In this document: piece after piece, positions 1 to 9,680 of the stretch
Layout of the letters: each line of letters begins with the position of its first letter
Numbering within the stretch: position 1 is the stretch's first letter
Assembly: GCA_029856105.1 (NCBI GenBank)
Contig: JAHQWH010000224.1
Location: forward strand, 14,463 to 78,462
Direction of reading: 5' to 3'
Source: Promethearchaeia archaeon
GTDB lineage: Archaea > Asgardarchaeota > Lokiarchaeia > Sigyniarchaeales > SOKP01
DNA length: 64,000 nucleotides
Made by a program: the position numbers and the translations under genes
The notes under the pieces: model-generated
What the model was told of the DNA's origin: nothing
Database searches by the model: none
The model's input: only the letters and a program-made list of their open reading frames with translations

Positions 1-282
1 GTTCCTTGTACTGGCCGTATTGATACTGAATTCATTGTTAAATCTCTTGAAATGGGGTTTGATGGAGTTATGATTATTGGTTGCAGAAAGGATTCTTGTA
101 GATATATTGACGGGATTGAAAAATTAAAAAAAAGAGTTAGGCTTTTAAAAAAGGTTCTAGGACCAAAGTTAAGCAGACGGATAATAGTGATGAGTTTAAA
201 CGGAGTAGAAGGACAGGTATTTGCTGAAATCTCTAATAAATTCTATAATTTATTAAAGGAGGAGATTAAAAGTGAGGCTTAA
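1..282 (+). CDS. mvhD: F420-non-reducing hydrogenase iron-sulfur subunit D (5'-partial, begins before the window)
   Basis: Frame 1 is open from base 1: VPCTGRIDTEFIVKSLEMGFDGVMIIGCRKDSCRY, the MvhD C-x-GR...G-x-DGV...GC...C-x-Y pattern. Confidence 0.88.
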   Translation, partial: VPCTGRIDTEFIVKSLEMGFDGVMIIGCRKDSCRYIDGIEKLKKRVRLLKKVLGPKLSRRIIVMSLNGVEGQVFAEISNKFYNLLKEEIKSEA

Positions 283-1036
283 ATTTTTAATTACATCTTT
301 AACGTCTTGTACTGGATGTATATCAGCATTGATATCACTAGATATATTTCCACAATTTCTTGAAAGAACGAAAATCGAATATTTTCCATTTATATCTGAC
401 AATTTAGAGATTAATGAATGCGATATAGCGCTAGTGGAGGGGGCTGTGTCCGAAAAGAATCAAATCGAATATCTACAAGAAATACGAAAAAATGCAAAAA
501 AACTATATGCATTAGGTACATGCTCAGCGTTTGGGGGGATTCTTAGTCTCTCAAATAAAAAAGAATCGTATCCTATTTCAAAGTTTGTGGAAGTTGATGG
601 TATTATACCTGGATGTCCCCCTCCATCCATACTTTTAGGAAATTGTTTATTGAGGTTAGTTGAGAACAAAAAAATCCAGCTAAGCTTTAAAAATATGTGT
701 TCTACTTGTCCTTTAAACAACCACGCAAAATTAGATTTACCATTAACAATAGAAAAGTTTGTTCCAAGAAACGATGAAATTCGTTTTCCGGAAGAAAATT
801 TATCGTGTTTTTTGAACGATGGGATTTTATGTTTAGGTCCTATTACTCGAGATGGCTGCGATCATCTCTGTATAAAACAAGGTTTACCCTGTGAAGGATG
901 TTTAGGGCCTGTTTCAAAGGGGTTTACGTCGAATTTAATCAATTTCTTAAGTCTTTTTAACCTTTCTAAAGATTTAAGAAAATACAAGGGGATATACCAT
1001 AGGTTCTCAAAACCACATGTAGGAGGGAAGGATTGA
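272..1036 (+). CDS. mvhG: Group 3 NiFe hydrogenase small subunit (MvhG-like)
   Basis: SCTGC, VEGAV, GTCSAFGGI and PGCPP motifs; C-terminal CLGPITRDGC...CEGC; GTG start overlapping mvhD. Confidence 0.88.
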   Translation: MRLKFLITSLTSCTGCISALISLDIFPQFLERTKIEYFPFISDNLEINECDIALVEGAVSEKNQIEYLQEIRKNAKKLYALGTCSAFGGILSLSNKKESYPISKFVEVDGIIPGCPPPSILLGNCLLRLVENKKIQLSFKNMCSTCPLNNHAKLDLPLTIEKFVPRNDEIRFPEENLSCFLNDGILCLGPITRDGCDHLCIKQGLPCEGCLGPVSKGFTSNLINFLSLFNLSKDLRKYKGIYHRFSKPHVGGKD

Positions 1037-2337
1037 TGGATAAAGTTGTAGAAGCATGCACAAGGGTTGAAGGTAGTGGAAACTTAAACATTTATTTAAA
1101 AAACGATGAAATTTATCGAACTGAATTGAACTTTTCAGTATTTAGAGGATTTGAAAATATTTTAATAGGCAAAAAGCTATTAGATATTCCAAAAATAGTA
1201 TCTAGAATTTGTGGACTGTGCTCCGCATCTCAAACAATTGCAAGTTGCAAAGCAATAGAGAATATATACGGAATAGAACCATCAAACCAATCAATTTTGC
1301 TTAGAAGGGTTTTATTATCTGGAGAATTAATACAATCGCACATTATGCATTATTTTTTCCAATCCTTTCCAGATTTATTAAAAATATTTAAAATTAATAC
1401 TATAATTAACGAACCTTATAATTTAATTAATTACAATCCTCATTTAACGACAAATGTATTTAATTTAATAAAAATTGGCTCAGAAATAAATAAGTTAATA
1501 GGAGGGAGGGTGTTACATCCAATTACTCCGATTCCTGGAGGATTAATATATAATCCGAATCGAAAGAGTTTTATTTCTATGGAGAAATATCTTCAAAAGG
1601 GAATTTACTACATAGAAACTATAATTGAAAATTTTATAGATTTATTTTCTGCTTTTGATCCTCCTACAGAATTTAATCTTTCTAATCCTATATATTTCGG
1701 CTTAAAAAACAATATGGGTTTTGATAGGTATGAAGGAAACCTTAGAATTGAACAAAATGAAACAACTTACAACGATTTTCAAGCGAAAAATTATTCAAAA
1801 TATTTTGATAAAGACCCTAATCTTTATGGGATTACGTTTAAGTCAAATTCGAAAAATGAAATTTTAACAGGACCAATTGCGCGCTATAAGTTAACTCAAA
1901 ATTATGGAATAGATAAAATATACGAATACTTAAGCAATTTTGGAAAAAAATGGCAAAGCAATTTATTATTTATAAACTTTTTACAATTAATTGAAAGTTA
2001 TTACGAAATTCAAAAAAGTGTTGAAATATTAAATACTACTTCACTAAAAAGTAAAACAAAACTTAAACAACTAAACTCAATAAAAAAATCAAATGGAATA
2101 GGGGTTATCGAAGCACCAAGAGGTATACTAATGCATCATTATCATTTAAATAAAGCTAAATCCGTTGATCAAGTAAAACTTTTCATTGCAACCGAAATAA
2201 ATATGCCTATTCTTAACAAAATGATCACTGAATATGCTAAAAAGCTATATGAAAAAGAAGATATCGATTCTGTTAAAGAAAAAGTTCAAATAATGATAAG
2301 AGCATTTGATCCTTGCATATCGTGCGCTTCTCACTAA
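1033..2337 (+). CDS. mvhA: Group 3 NiFe hydrogenase large subunit (MvhA-like)
   Basis: TRVEG, RGFE, L1 motif RICGLC, EAPRG, L2 motif DPCISCASH at the very C-terminus. Confidence 0.88.
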   Translation: MMDKVVEACTRVEGSGNLNIYLKNDEIYRTELNFSVFRGFENILIGKKLLDIPKIVSRICGLCSASQTIASCKAIENIYGIEPSNQSILLRRVLLSGELIQSHIMHYFFQSFPDLLKIFKINTIINEPYNLINYNPHLTTNVFNLIKIGSEINKLIGGRVLHPITPIPGGLIYNPNRKSFISMEKYLQKGIYYIETIIENFIDLFSAFDPPTEFNLSNPIYFGLKNNMGFDRYEGNLRIEQNETTYNDFQAKNYSKYFDKDPNLYGITFKSNSKNEILTGPIARYKLTQNYGIDKIYEYLSNFGKKWQSNLLFINFLQLIESYYEIQKSVEILNTTSLKSKTKLKQLNSIKKSNGIGVIEAPRGILMHHYHLNKAKSVDQVKLFIATEINMPILNKMITEYAKKLYEKEDIDSVKEKVQIMIRAFDPCISCASH

Positions 2338-2395
2338 CATTAAAAATCATAAATATTAAGCATAATTGATTTAATGAAGAAGAGGATGGTTAAAA

Positions 2396-3436
2396 TTGAA
2401 AGAAAATCTCTTAAATAACGCCAATACAGATTGTCCATTTAAGGAATTATGTGAGACTCTTTTGTTTTATTTTGATGAGACTATAGGCCATGTCCCACTT
2501 CTTATTTGTCCAGAAAATGCGTTAGATGATGATTCGGGAAAAATGCATCTTATAAGATACCATCCAATTTGGTTTTTAGAGCTCAAAGATAAAACTACAA
2601 TTAACCGAATCGATTTAGAATACTGTAATAATATGTATTTTGCGAAGAAATTTATTGTTGAATCTAAAAGGGTTAAAAGAAGAGCAGGGTCTTTTCAAAA
2701 AATGGATGAAATAGTTGTGTTGATACTTGTGTTGCCAACAGATTTAGATGTTTTTGGGGGAGAATTAATAAATTTATTAACGAAAAAAATAATCGATGAA
2801 TTTGAAAATACGCTTTATCACGTAATAGAATCAGAAATTGCGAAACTGGAAGTTATTAAAACAGAAAAATTAATTAATATAATAAAAAAAGGAGATCAGA
2901 TAAAAGAAGAAATAAAAGCAATAATTAACCTTACTTGTGAGGAACATTTTTCATCGGTAATTAAACAAACTGATGCGACCTCTTTCAAATTGCAAAAAGC
3001 AATTTCTTATTTAACATTTAAAGGAATCGATATTGACCACATTGTTATAGACGCTCAAAATGAATCGTTTTCTAAAATTCGATTATTCGATTACGATAGA
3101 GTTGTTCAACAAAAATTAGGAATAAAAGATCAATTTAAAATAACAAACATAAATATTATTAACAATTTTCAGGAAATAGAAGTTTTAGTAAAGAATAAAA
3201 GTAAAAAGGAATTCAACGATCTCATCGTCCGAATTACTTACATTAAAGAATTTTTTGAAAAAGAGGTATTAAACGAAAAAGTTGAAAAATGCCTTCCTGA
3301 AGAAGAATTATTGTTTATAACGCCCGTAATTAAAGAAACAAACAATTATTTGTTTTCTATTATTGAAGAACATTCTAATAGAACAATTTTTTCTAAAAAA
3401 ATTGATTTAGAATCAGTTAAAAGTCGTCCCTACTAA
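2396..3436 (+). CDS. Hypothetical protein with a putative N-terminal longin/uDENN (NPRL2/FLCN-like) domain and a C-terminal Ig-like beta domain
   Basis: 346-aa ORF; LLFYFDETIGHVPLLICPE resembles the first strands of NPRL2/uDENN longins; domain call is an inference. Confidence 0.55.
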   Translation: MKENLLNNANTDCPFKELCETLLFYFDETIGHVPLLICPENALDDDSGKMHLIRYHPIWFLELKDKTTINRIDLEYCNNMYFAKKFIVESKRVKRRAGSFQKMDEIVVLILVLPTDLDVFGGELINLLTKKIIDEFENTLYHVIESEIAKLEVIKTEKLINIIKKGDQIKEEIKAIINLTCEEHFSSVIKQTDATSFKLQKAISYLTFKGIDIDHIVIDAQNESFSKIRLFDYDRVVQQKLGIKDQFKITNINIINNFQEIEVLVKNKSKKEFNDLIVRITYIKEFFEKEVLNEKVEKCLPEEELLFITPVIKETNNYLFSIIEEHSNRTIFSKKIDLESVKSRPY

Positions 3437-4370
3437 GGAATTTTTTTAAATTTTGGTAATCTTCGCCATTTAAAACGTTCATTACCGTATCAAAAGTTCC
3501 AATTGTTTTCTCTTTTGTAACAACCATCAGTACCGATCCATTGCTAACTTCCTTCACTAGAATATAGTTATGTTCGCTCTCATATATAACAGTTGATAAT
3601 TCTAAAGGAGAAATCGAAGAATTTGAAAGTTCCATGATCTTTGAAAAAATTTGATAAATATTAGAGTCTAAGCTACCAATCTCGAATTTGATAAATTGGA
3701 GATTTGGACTTTCAAATTTTCCTATTGTGGAAGCTATTAATAAACCATCTGGTTGGTTAAATAAAAGAAATTCTGAAAGCGTATTGATCTTCAATTGGTC
3801 TAATAAATGGCGTATTTTCCCAAGCCTTTGTAAAGCTAATGTGTTCTCTTGAATTTTATAATCGAGTATTTCGATCAATCGATGTTGAGCACTTCCCTCT
3901 TTTACTGATACAGGTGTAAAAGCAATTTTGCTTTTTAAATCATCTGTAAGATCTTTAATTAACAGTTTATAAATGTCATCTTCTTTTGATTCTTGAAGAT
4001 CAATTTTATTTAATAAGACATATACCTTTCCCACTTCAGGACTAAATTCAAAAAGGTATTTCAAGAATTTACCAAAAGTATCTTTCAGTTTTGGTTCTTC
4101 TGCTGCCGAATCAACCATGAAAACTGCAGCTGTTACATCAGAAAATACAAGCTCTCGCTTTTTTTCTGAGAAATATCTTTCCATATAAAGTTCCTGACCC
4201 CCTAAATCCCAGATGGAAAGTTCCATTATTCCTCTAAATATAAAATTTTCCCTTGAGACTCCTTTTGTAGGTTTCAGATTAAGCACTTTCATGAAATTAT
4301 AACCTAAACAAGTAGTCCGCATTAATGACGTTTTACCCGCACCACCAGGGCCAAATAGGAGTATTTTTAT
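3417..4370 (-). CDS. Rag/Gtr-like small GTPase with C-terminal roadblock domain; start extended to ATA at 4370
   Basis: P-loop GPGGAGKTS lies upstream of the first ATG (4322); WDLGGQELYM (G3), NKID (G4); roadblock-like C-terminus LLFNQPDGLLIAST...ILVKEV...VLMVVT. Confidence 0.85.
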   Translation of the reverse strand: MKILLFGPGGAGKTSLMRTTCLGYNFMKVLNLKPTKGVSRENFIFRGIMELSIWDLGGQELYMERYFSEKKRELVFSDVTAAVFMVDSAAEEPKLKDTFGKFLKYLFEFSPEVGKVYVLLNKIDLQESKEDDIYKLLIKDLTDDLKSKIAFTPVSVKEGSAQHRLIEILDYKIQENTLALQRLGKIRHLLDQLKINTLSEFLLFNQPDGLLIASTIGKFESPNLQFIKFEIGSLDSNIYQIFSKIMELSNSSISPLELSTVIYESEHNYILVKEVSNGSVLMVVTKEKTIGTFDTVMNVLNGEDYQNLKKFLSRDDF

Positions 4371-4600
4371 TTTATTTCACCGGTAAACTTTTACTGATTA
4401 AAATAAAGCGACAATTGATTTAATATTAAATATATTTAATCGTCTAATATATTTTTTATAAATTAATGATTATTTAATTTTTTCTAATTATTATACGATT
4501 TATTAGATTTTAATTGCATGGATGATTCAATTAAATATAATTTTTAATTAATTTAAATAATAATATATTTAGAACTAACAATAATAGGAATTGAAAGATT

Positions 4601-5128
4601 TTGAATTTAGAAGATTACATAAGGAATGTCCCAGATTTTCCAATAAAAGGAATTCAGTTTAAAGATGTCACAACTTTGTGTAAGGTTCATGCTTCTTTTA
4701 AAGAGTCATGTGACAGACTAATAAATCATTTTAAAGACAAAGGAATCAAGAAGGTTTGTGCTGTCGAAGCTAGAGGCTATGTGTGGGGCGGCGTTTTAGC
4801 GTATAAATTGGATGCTGGATTCGTTTTGATACGAAAACCAGGAAAGTTACCTGCTGAGACGATTAAAGAGACCTATGAACTTGAATATGGTACTGATACT
4901 ATTGAAATGCATAGGGATGCCATAGAAAAAGGAGAAAAAGTGTTATTATTTGATGATTTGTTAGCAACTGGAGGAACTGCAAAAGCAGCTTGCAATCTAA
5001 TAGAAAAGGCAGGTGGAAGCGTAGCTGGGATTGCATTTGTTATTGAGCTTACCGGTAGTTTACATGGTCGAGACAAATTAGAAGGTTATGATATAATCAG
5101 TCTAATGAAGATAGTAGTTGATGAATAG
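4601..5128 (+). CDS. apt: Adenine phosphoribosyltransferase
   Basis: PDFPIKGIQFKD, EARG, RKPGKLP, LEYG and DDLLATGGT motifs. Confidence 0.96.
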   Translation: MNLEDYIRNVPDFPIKGIQFKDVTTLCKVHASFKESCDRLINHFKDKGIKKVCAVEARGYVWGGVLAYKLDAGFVLIRKPGKLPAETIKETYELEYGTDTIEMHRDAIEKGEKVLLFDDLLATGGTAKAACNLIEKAGGSVAGIAFVIELTGSLHGRDKLEGYDIISLMKIVVDE

Positions 5129-5251
5129 TAAACGGAATAAACACATTCACCCATTTTTTTCCCATAATAATATCCTTATTTTTTAGGCTGAAAATTTAAA
5201 TAATTCTCTGTACTTTATACTCACAGTATTAAAATAAACACATTATAAGGT

Positions 5252-6346
5252 GTGGATTTGATTCAAGAACTGAAAAAAACGCCATTCTATAATATTCACG
5301 TGAATTTAGGGGCGAGAATGGTCGACTTTGCTGGTTTTAGTATGCCAGTACAGTACGAAAGCATTATTAAAGAACACGAAGCGGTACGCAATAAAGCTGG
5401 TGTGTTTGATGTGTCCCATATGGGGGAATTCCTGTTAGAAGGGAAAGATGTAAAATCTTTTCTCCAATATGTAATGATTAACGATTTAAAACTACTAGAA
5501 CCCACAAAAGGACAATATTCATGTATGTGTTACGAAAATGGGACTGTTGTTGACGATCTTGTTTATTACGAGGAAGAACCTGAGCGATTTAGAATGATCG
5601 TTAACGCTAGCAATGTCGAAAAAGATTTTCAATGGTTAATCGAGCATATTGAAGGTAGGGATGTTAAAATCACTAATTTATCCTTAGAACGATGTCGTTT
5701 AGCGTTTCAAGGTCCAAAATCCGACGAATATCTCCAACCGCTAGTGGATGTCGATTTATCTTCGATAAATAGGTTTTATTTTGCTCACACTACGTTAAAC
5801 GGGGCTCCAATATTTATAGCTAGAACCGGGTATACAGGTGAGCGAGGATTTGAAATTTCATTTGATAACAAATATGCTGAGAAAGTATGGAATGATCTAA
5901 CTAAAGCTGGAGCCTCACCAGCAGGGTTAGGGGCGCGAGATTCGTTGAGATTAGAAGCAACTTACTCATTATATGGTCACGAAATTAGCGATTCAATTAC
6001 ACCTATTGAAGCAGGTCTTTTTTGGCTCGTTAAACCTAAAGAGGGTATCGATTATATTGGAAAAGAAACTTTATTAAAACAAAAATCCGAAGGAACAGAT
6101 CGAATTATTGTTGGGTTGAATTTACTTGATAGGGGAATTATTAGAGAGCATTATAAAATCTTTAAAAATGGCAATGAAATTGGATTCGTGACTTCAGGAG
6201 GATTTTCACCTACACTTAAGAAAACAATTGGTTTAGGACTTGTTGAGAAACAATATAGCGAAGTAGGAACGGAATTTGAAATTGAAATTCGCAATAAGTT
6301 CTTGAGAGGAAAAATAGTTGCTACACCGTTTTATAGAAATGTGTAA
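5252..6346 (+). CDS. gcvT: Glycine cleavage system aminomethyltransferase T
   Basis: FDVSHMGE, RTGYTGERGFE, GLGARDSLRLEA. Confidence 0.96.
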   Translation: MDLIQELKKTPFYNIHVNLGARMVDFAGFSMPVQYESIIKEHEAVRNKAGVFDVSHMGEFLLEGKDVKSFLQYVMINDLKLLEPTKGQYSCMCYENGTVVDDLVYYEEEPERFRMIVNASNVEKDFQWLIEHIEGRDVKITNLSLERCRLAFQGPKSDEYLQPLVDVDLSSINRFYFAHTTLNGAPIFIARTGYTGERGFEISFDNKYAEKVWNDLTKAGASPAGLGARDSLRLEATYSLYGHEISDSITPIEAGLFWLVKPKEGIDYIGKETLLKQKSEGTDRIIVGLNLLDRGIIREHYKIFKNGNEIGFVTSGGFSPTLKKTIGLGLVEKQYSEVGTEFEIEIRNKFLRGKIVATPFYRNV

Positions 6347-6374
6347 TTATCTTACAAAAAAAAAGTGAAAAATT

Positions 6375-6770
6375 ATGGAATACGAATTTCCTGACGATAT
6401 AAAATATATGAAGACACATGAATGGGCGCGAATTGAAGGCGATATGGCTACAATAGGCATTACCGATTATGCTCAGCATCAATTAGGTGATATAGTTTAT
6501 GTTGAATTACCCGAAATAGGAAGAACGCTAGAAAAAGATAGCAATGCTGGTGAAATTGAATCCGTTAAGGCAGTTGGAGAAATTTTAATGCCATTATCCG
6601 GAGAGATCGCTGAGATTAATGCTATTATAATAGAAAGCCCCGAATCAATTAATTCTTCTCCCTATGGGACTGGTTGGATGATGAAGATAAAGGTTTCAAA
6701 TAGTAGCGAAATTAACGAACTTTTATCCGTTGAAGATTACAAAAAAATAGTAGAAGAAGAGAAAAAATAA
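6375..6770 (+). CDS. gcvH: Glycine cleavage system H protein
   Basis: HEW, GITDYAQHQLGDIVYVELP, lipoyl-Lys motif IESVKA. Confidence 0.97.
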   Translation: MEYEFPDDIKYMKTHEWARIEGDMATIGITDYAQHQLGDIVYVELPEIGRTLEKDSNAGEIESVKAVGEILMPLSGEIAEINAIIIESPESINSSPYGTGWMMKIKVSNSSEINELLSVEDYKKIVEEEKK

Positions 6771-6828
6771 ACTTTTTTTCCAATTTTTAATTTTATTTCT
6801 TAAATTCTTGAAGTATGAGTTGGTTAAT

Positions 6829-8172
6829 TTGGATTTTGTTCCTCATGACGATAAAACTATTACTGAAATGCTTAAAGTTATTGGCATTAATAATTTAGAA
6901 GAATTATTTCAAGATATTCCTAAAGATTTAATTATTAACAGTTTAAATTTACCTTTAGGCTTATCCGAACCAGATGTTCTGAAAAACTTAAAAGAACTTT
7001 CTCAAAAGAATAAAGTTTATTCTAATTCCTTTTTGGGAGCAGGTTATTATTTTCACTACATCCCTTCTTTAGTTGATTTTGTAATAAGTCGTACAGAGTT
7101 CTATACTTCATACACACCCTATCAAGCAGAAGCTAGTCAAGGTTATTTACAAGCGATCTATGAATATCAAAGCGTAATTTCTCGACTCACCCAGATGGAT
7201 GTTGCTAATGCGAGTATGTACGATGGATCTACTGCGCTTGCAGAAGCGGCTATTATGGCAACTATAATAACAAGGAAAAACAGTCTATTATTATTGGAAG
7301 GTATTCATCCCGAATATTCTGAAGTTGTTAAGACTTATTGTTGGGGACAAGGAATCAATCTTAGAATTATCGCTGAAAATAAATTAAAAGACGAATTAAA
7401 CGAAGATATTGCAGCTGTTTTATTTCAAAGTCCAAATTTTTTCGGAGATATTGAAGATGTGTCTATGTTAGCAAAACGAGTGAAAGAAAAAGCTCCTAAT
7501 TGCTTATTGATACAATGTATGACCGACCCCACATGTTTAGGTGTTCTGAAACCACCAGGGGAAACAGATGTAGATATTTTTGTAGCAGAAGGGCAGTCTT
7601 TTGGAATTAGTCCCTCATTTGGTGGACCGGGATTAGGGATTTTTGCAGCAAAGAAAAAATATTTGAGAAAAATGCCAGGTAGATTAGTTGGCAAAACAAA
7701 AGAAATTGACGGAGAACGCGAGGGTTTTTTATTAACGCTACAAGCCCGTGAACAACATATACGAAGAGAAAAAGCGAGTTCAAATATATGCACAAACCAA
7801 GCATTATGTTCGTTATCTGCCTTAATTTATATTATATCTTTAGGAAAAACAGGATTGCGCGAAATCGCAAGCCAAAACTTTCAAAAAGCTAATTATGTTA
7901 AAATCAAACTAACAGAAATTCCTGGTTATGAAATTTTAAACAAAAAACCAACTTATAACGAATTTATTGTAAAGTGTCCAGATGTTGATGCTCTTACTCA
8001 TGAATGCAAGCAATTAAACTTACTTCCTCCTCTATGTCTCTCAAAATATTTTCCAAATTTGAAGAACATAGTTTTAGTGTGTGTAACAGAAATGAATTCT
8101 CGTGAATCAATTGAAAAGTTTATCAATGCTGCTAAAAATGCTCTACATAACAAAAAGGAGGGAAAAAAATAA
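6829..8172 (+). CDS. gcvPA: Glycine dehydrogenase subunit 1 (likely TTG start at 6829; ORF open from 6808)
   Basis: YTSYTPYQAEASQG, NASMYDG, REQHIRREKASSNICTNQ. Confidence 0.95.
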   Translation: MDFVPHDDKTITEMLKVIGINNLEELFQDIPKDLIINSLNLPLGLSEPDVLKNLKELSQKNKVYSNSFLGAGYYFHYIPSLVDFVISRTEFYTSYTPYQAEASQGYLQAIYEYQSVISRLTQMDVANASMYDGSTALAEAAIMATIITRKNSLLLLEGIHPEYSEVVKTYCWGQGINLRIIAENKLKDELNEDIAAVLFQSPNFFGDIEDVSMLAKRVKEKAPNCLLIQCMTDPTCLGVLKPPGETDVDIFVAEGQSFGISPSFGGPGLGIFAAKKKYLRKMPGRLVGKTKEIDGEREGFLLTLQAREQHIRREKASSNICTNQALCSLSALIYIISLGKTGLREIASQNFQKANYVKIKLTEIPGYEILNKKPTYNEFIVKCPDVDALTHECKQLNLLPPLCLSKYFPNLKNIVLVCVTEMNSRESIEKFINAAKNALHNKKEGKK

Positions 8173-9608
8173 TGGATATTAATGATTCTTTGATTTTTGA
8201 AAAAGGGGTTGACCGAGCCCAAAAGAATTTCATTCCAAAAATGGATGTTAAGACAGAAAAACTTGAGGACATCCTTCCCAAAAATCTCTTAAGAGATGTG
8301 CTTCCAATTCCAGATGTTCCTGAGGTGGAGATCGTTCGCCATTATGTTAAATTAAGCACGATAAACTACGGTGTAGATTCAGGAATTTATCCGTTAGGCT
8401 CTTGTACCATGAAATATAACCCAAAAATTAACGAGATAGTAGTACGATTAAATGAATTTTCGCAAATACATCCACTTCAGGACGAAAGTGAAGGTTCACT
8501 TGAATTACTATACAATATTTCAATAATGTTAAGTGAAATTACTGGTATGGACGGATTTACCTTACAACCTGCAGCTGGAGCGCATGGAGAATTAGTTGGT
8601 ATGTTAATAATAAAAAAATATTTCGAGACTAAAGGGATTATCAAAGATAAAATTATAGTTCCAGATTCGGCTCACGGCACTAATCCTGCGTCGGCGAAAA
8701 TGGCTGGATTTTCAATTATTGAATTACAATCAAACGAATACGGTGAAGTTTCGCTGGACCATCTTGAATTTGCAATGCAACAAGGCGATGTAGCAGGAAT
8801 TATGCTAACAAATCCTAACACGTTAGGTGTTTTTGATAGACAAATTAAAGATATAACTAAAATCGTCCATAAGCATGGTGGGTTATGTTATTACGACGGA
8901 GCAAATCTGAATCCTATGTTAGGGATCTGTCGCCCAAGAGATATGGGTTTTGATATAGTTCATTTGAACTTACATAAAACTTTTTCAACACCTCACGGTG
9001 GTGGGGGCCCTGGCTCTGGTCCTGTTGGCGTTATAAACGAACTCATCTCATTTTTACCAAAACCCTATATAATCTCGACTGATGATAGCATTGTTTGCGA
9101 ACAGAACAACGATAAATCAATAGGGCGAATTAAAGCTTTTTGGGGTAATTTTGGGGTAATCTTAAGAGCATATACTTATATACTATCTTTAGGAGCAGAT
9201 GGTTTAAAACGGGTTGGTCAGATAGCCGTTTTAAACGCTAACTACCTAAAATGTTTGCTACAAAAGAAATACGAGCTTCCATATAACCGCAGGTGTCAAC
9301 ACGAATTTGTTTTGTCTGATAAAAATTTACCAAACGATATTACAACTGAAGATGTTGCTAAAAGAATTCTTGATTATGGTTATTATTCTCCAACTATTTA
9401 CTTTCCCTTAATTGTAAATGGAGCAATAATGATTGAACCGACAGAAACAGAATCAAAATATTCCTTAGATAAATTCGCTGAAGCGATGTTAAAGATTTAC
9501 GATGAAGCGTTAAATAAACCAGAACTTTTGAAATCTGCACCACATAACACCCCAATTGGGCGATTAGACGCGGTGATCGCTGCAAGAAAACCAATCTTGC
9601 ACGATTAA
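8172..9608 (+). CDS. gcvPB: Glycine dehydrogenase subunit 2
   Basis: PLGSCTMKYNP, SAHGTNPAS, PLP-Lys motif HLNLHKTFSTPHGGGGPG. Confidence 0.96.
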   Translation: MDINDSLIFEKGVDRAQKNFIPKMDVKTEKLEDILPKNLLRDVLPIPDVPEVEIVRHYVKLSTINYGVDSGIYPLGSCTMKYNPKINEIVVRLNEFSQIHPLQDESEGSLELLYNISIMLSEITGMDGFTLQPAAGAHGELVGMLIIKKYFETKGIIKDKIIVPDSAHGTNPASAKMAGFSIIELQSNEYGEVSLDHLEFAMQQGDVAGIMLTNPNTLGVFDRQIKDITKIVHKHGGLCYYDGANLNPMLGICRPRDMGFDIVHLNLHKTFSTPHGGGGPGSGPVGVINELISFLPKPYIISTDDSIVCEQNNDKSIGRIKAFWGNFGVILRAYTYILSLGADGLKRVGQIAVLNANYLKCLLQKKYELPYNRRCQHEFVLSDKNLPNDITTEDVAKRILDYGYYSPTIYFPLIVNGAIMIEPTETESKYSLDKFAEAMLKIYDEALNKPELLKSAPHNTPIGRLDAVIAARKPILHD

Positions 9609-9680
9609 TTTTTATAATCAAACCAAAAACAAGTAGAAGTAGAAATTAAAAAAAAATTACAAATATAATTAAGTTATTTT

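Noticed and set aside
1-2337. Selenocysteine recoding in the Mvh subunits (known in Lokiarchaeia)
   Set aside because: No in-frame TGA in the visible portions; ligand positions are Cys
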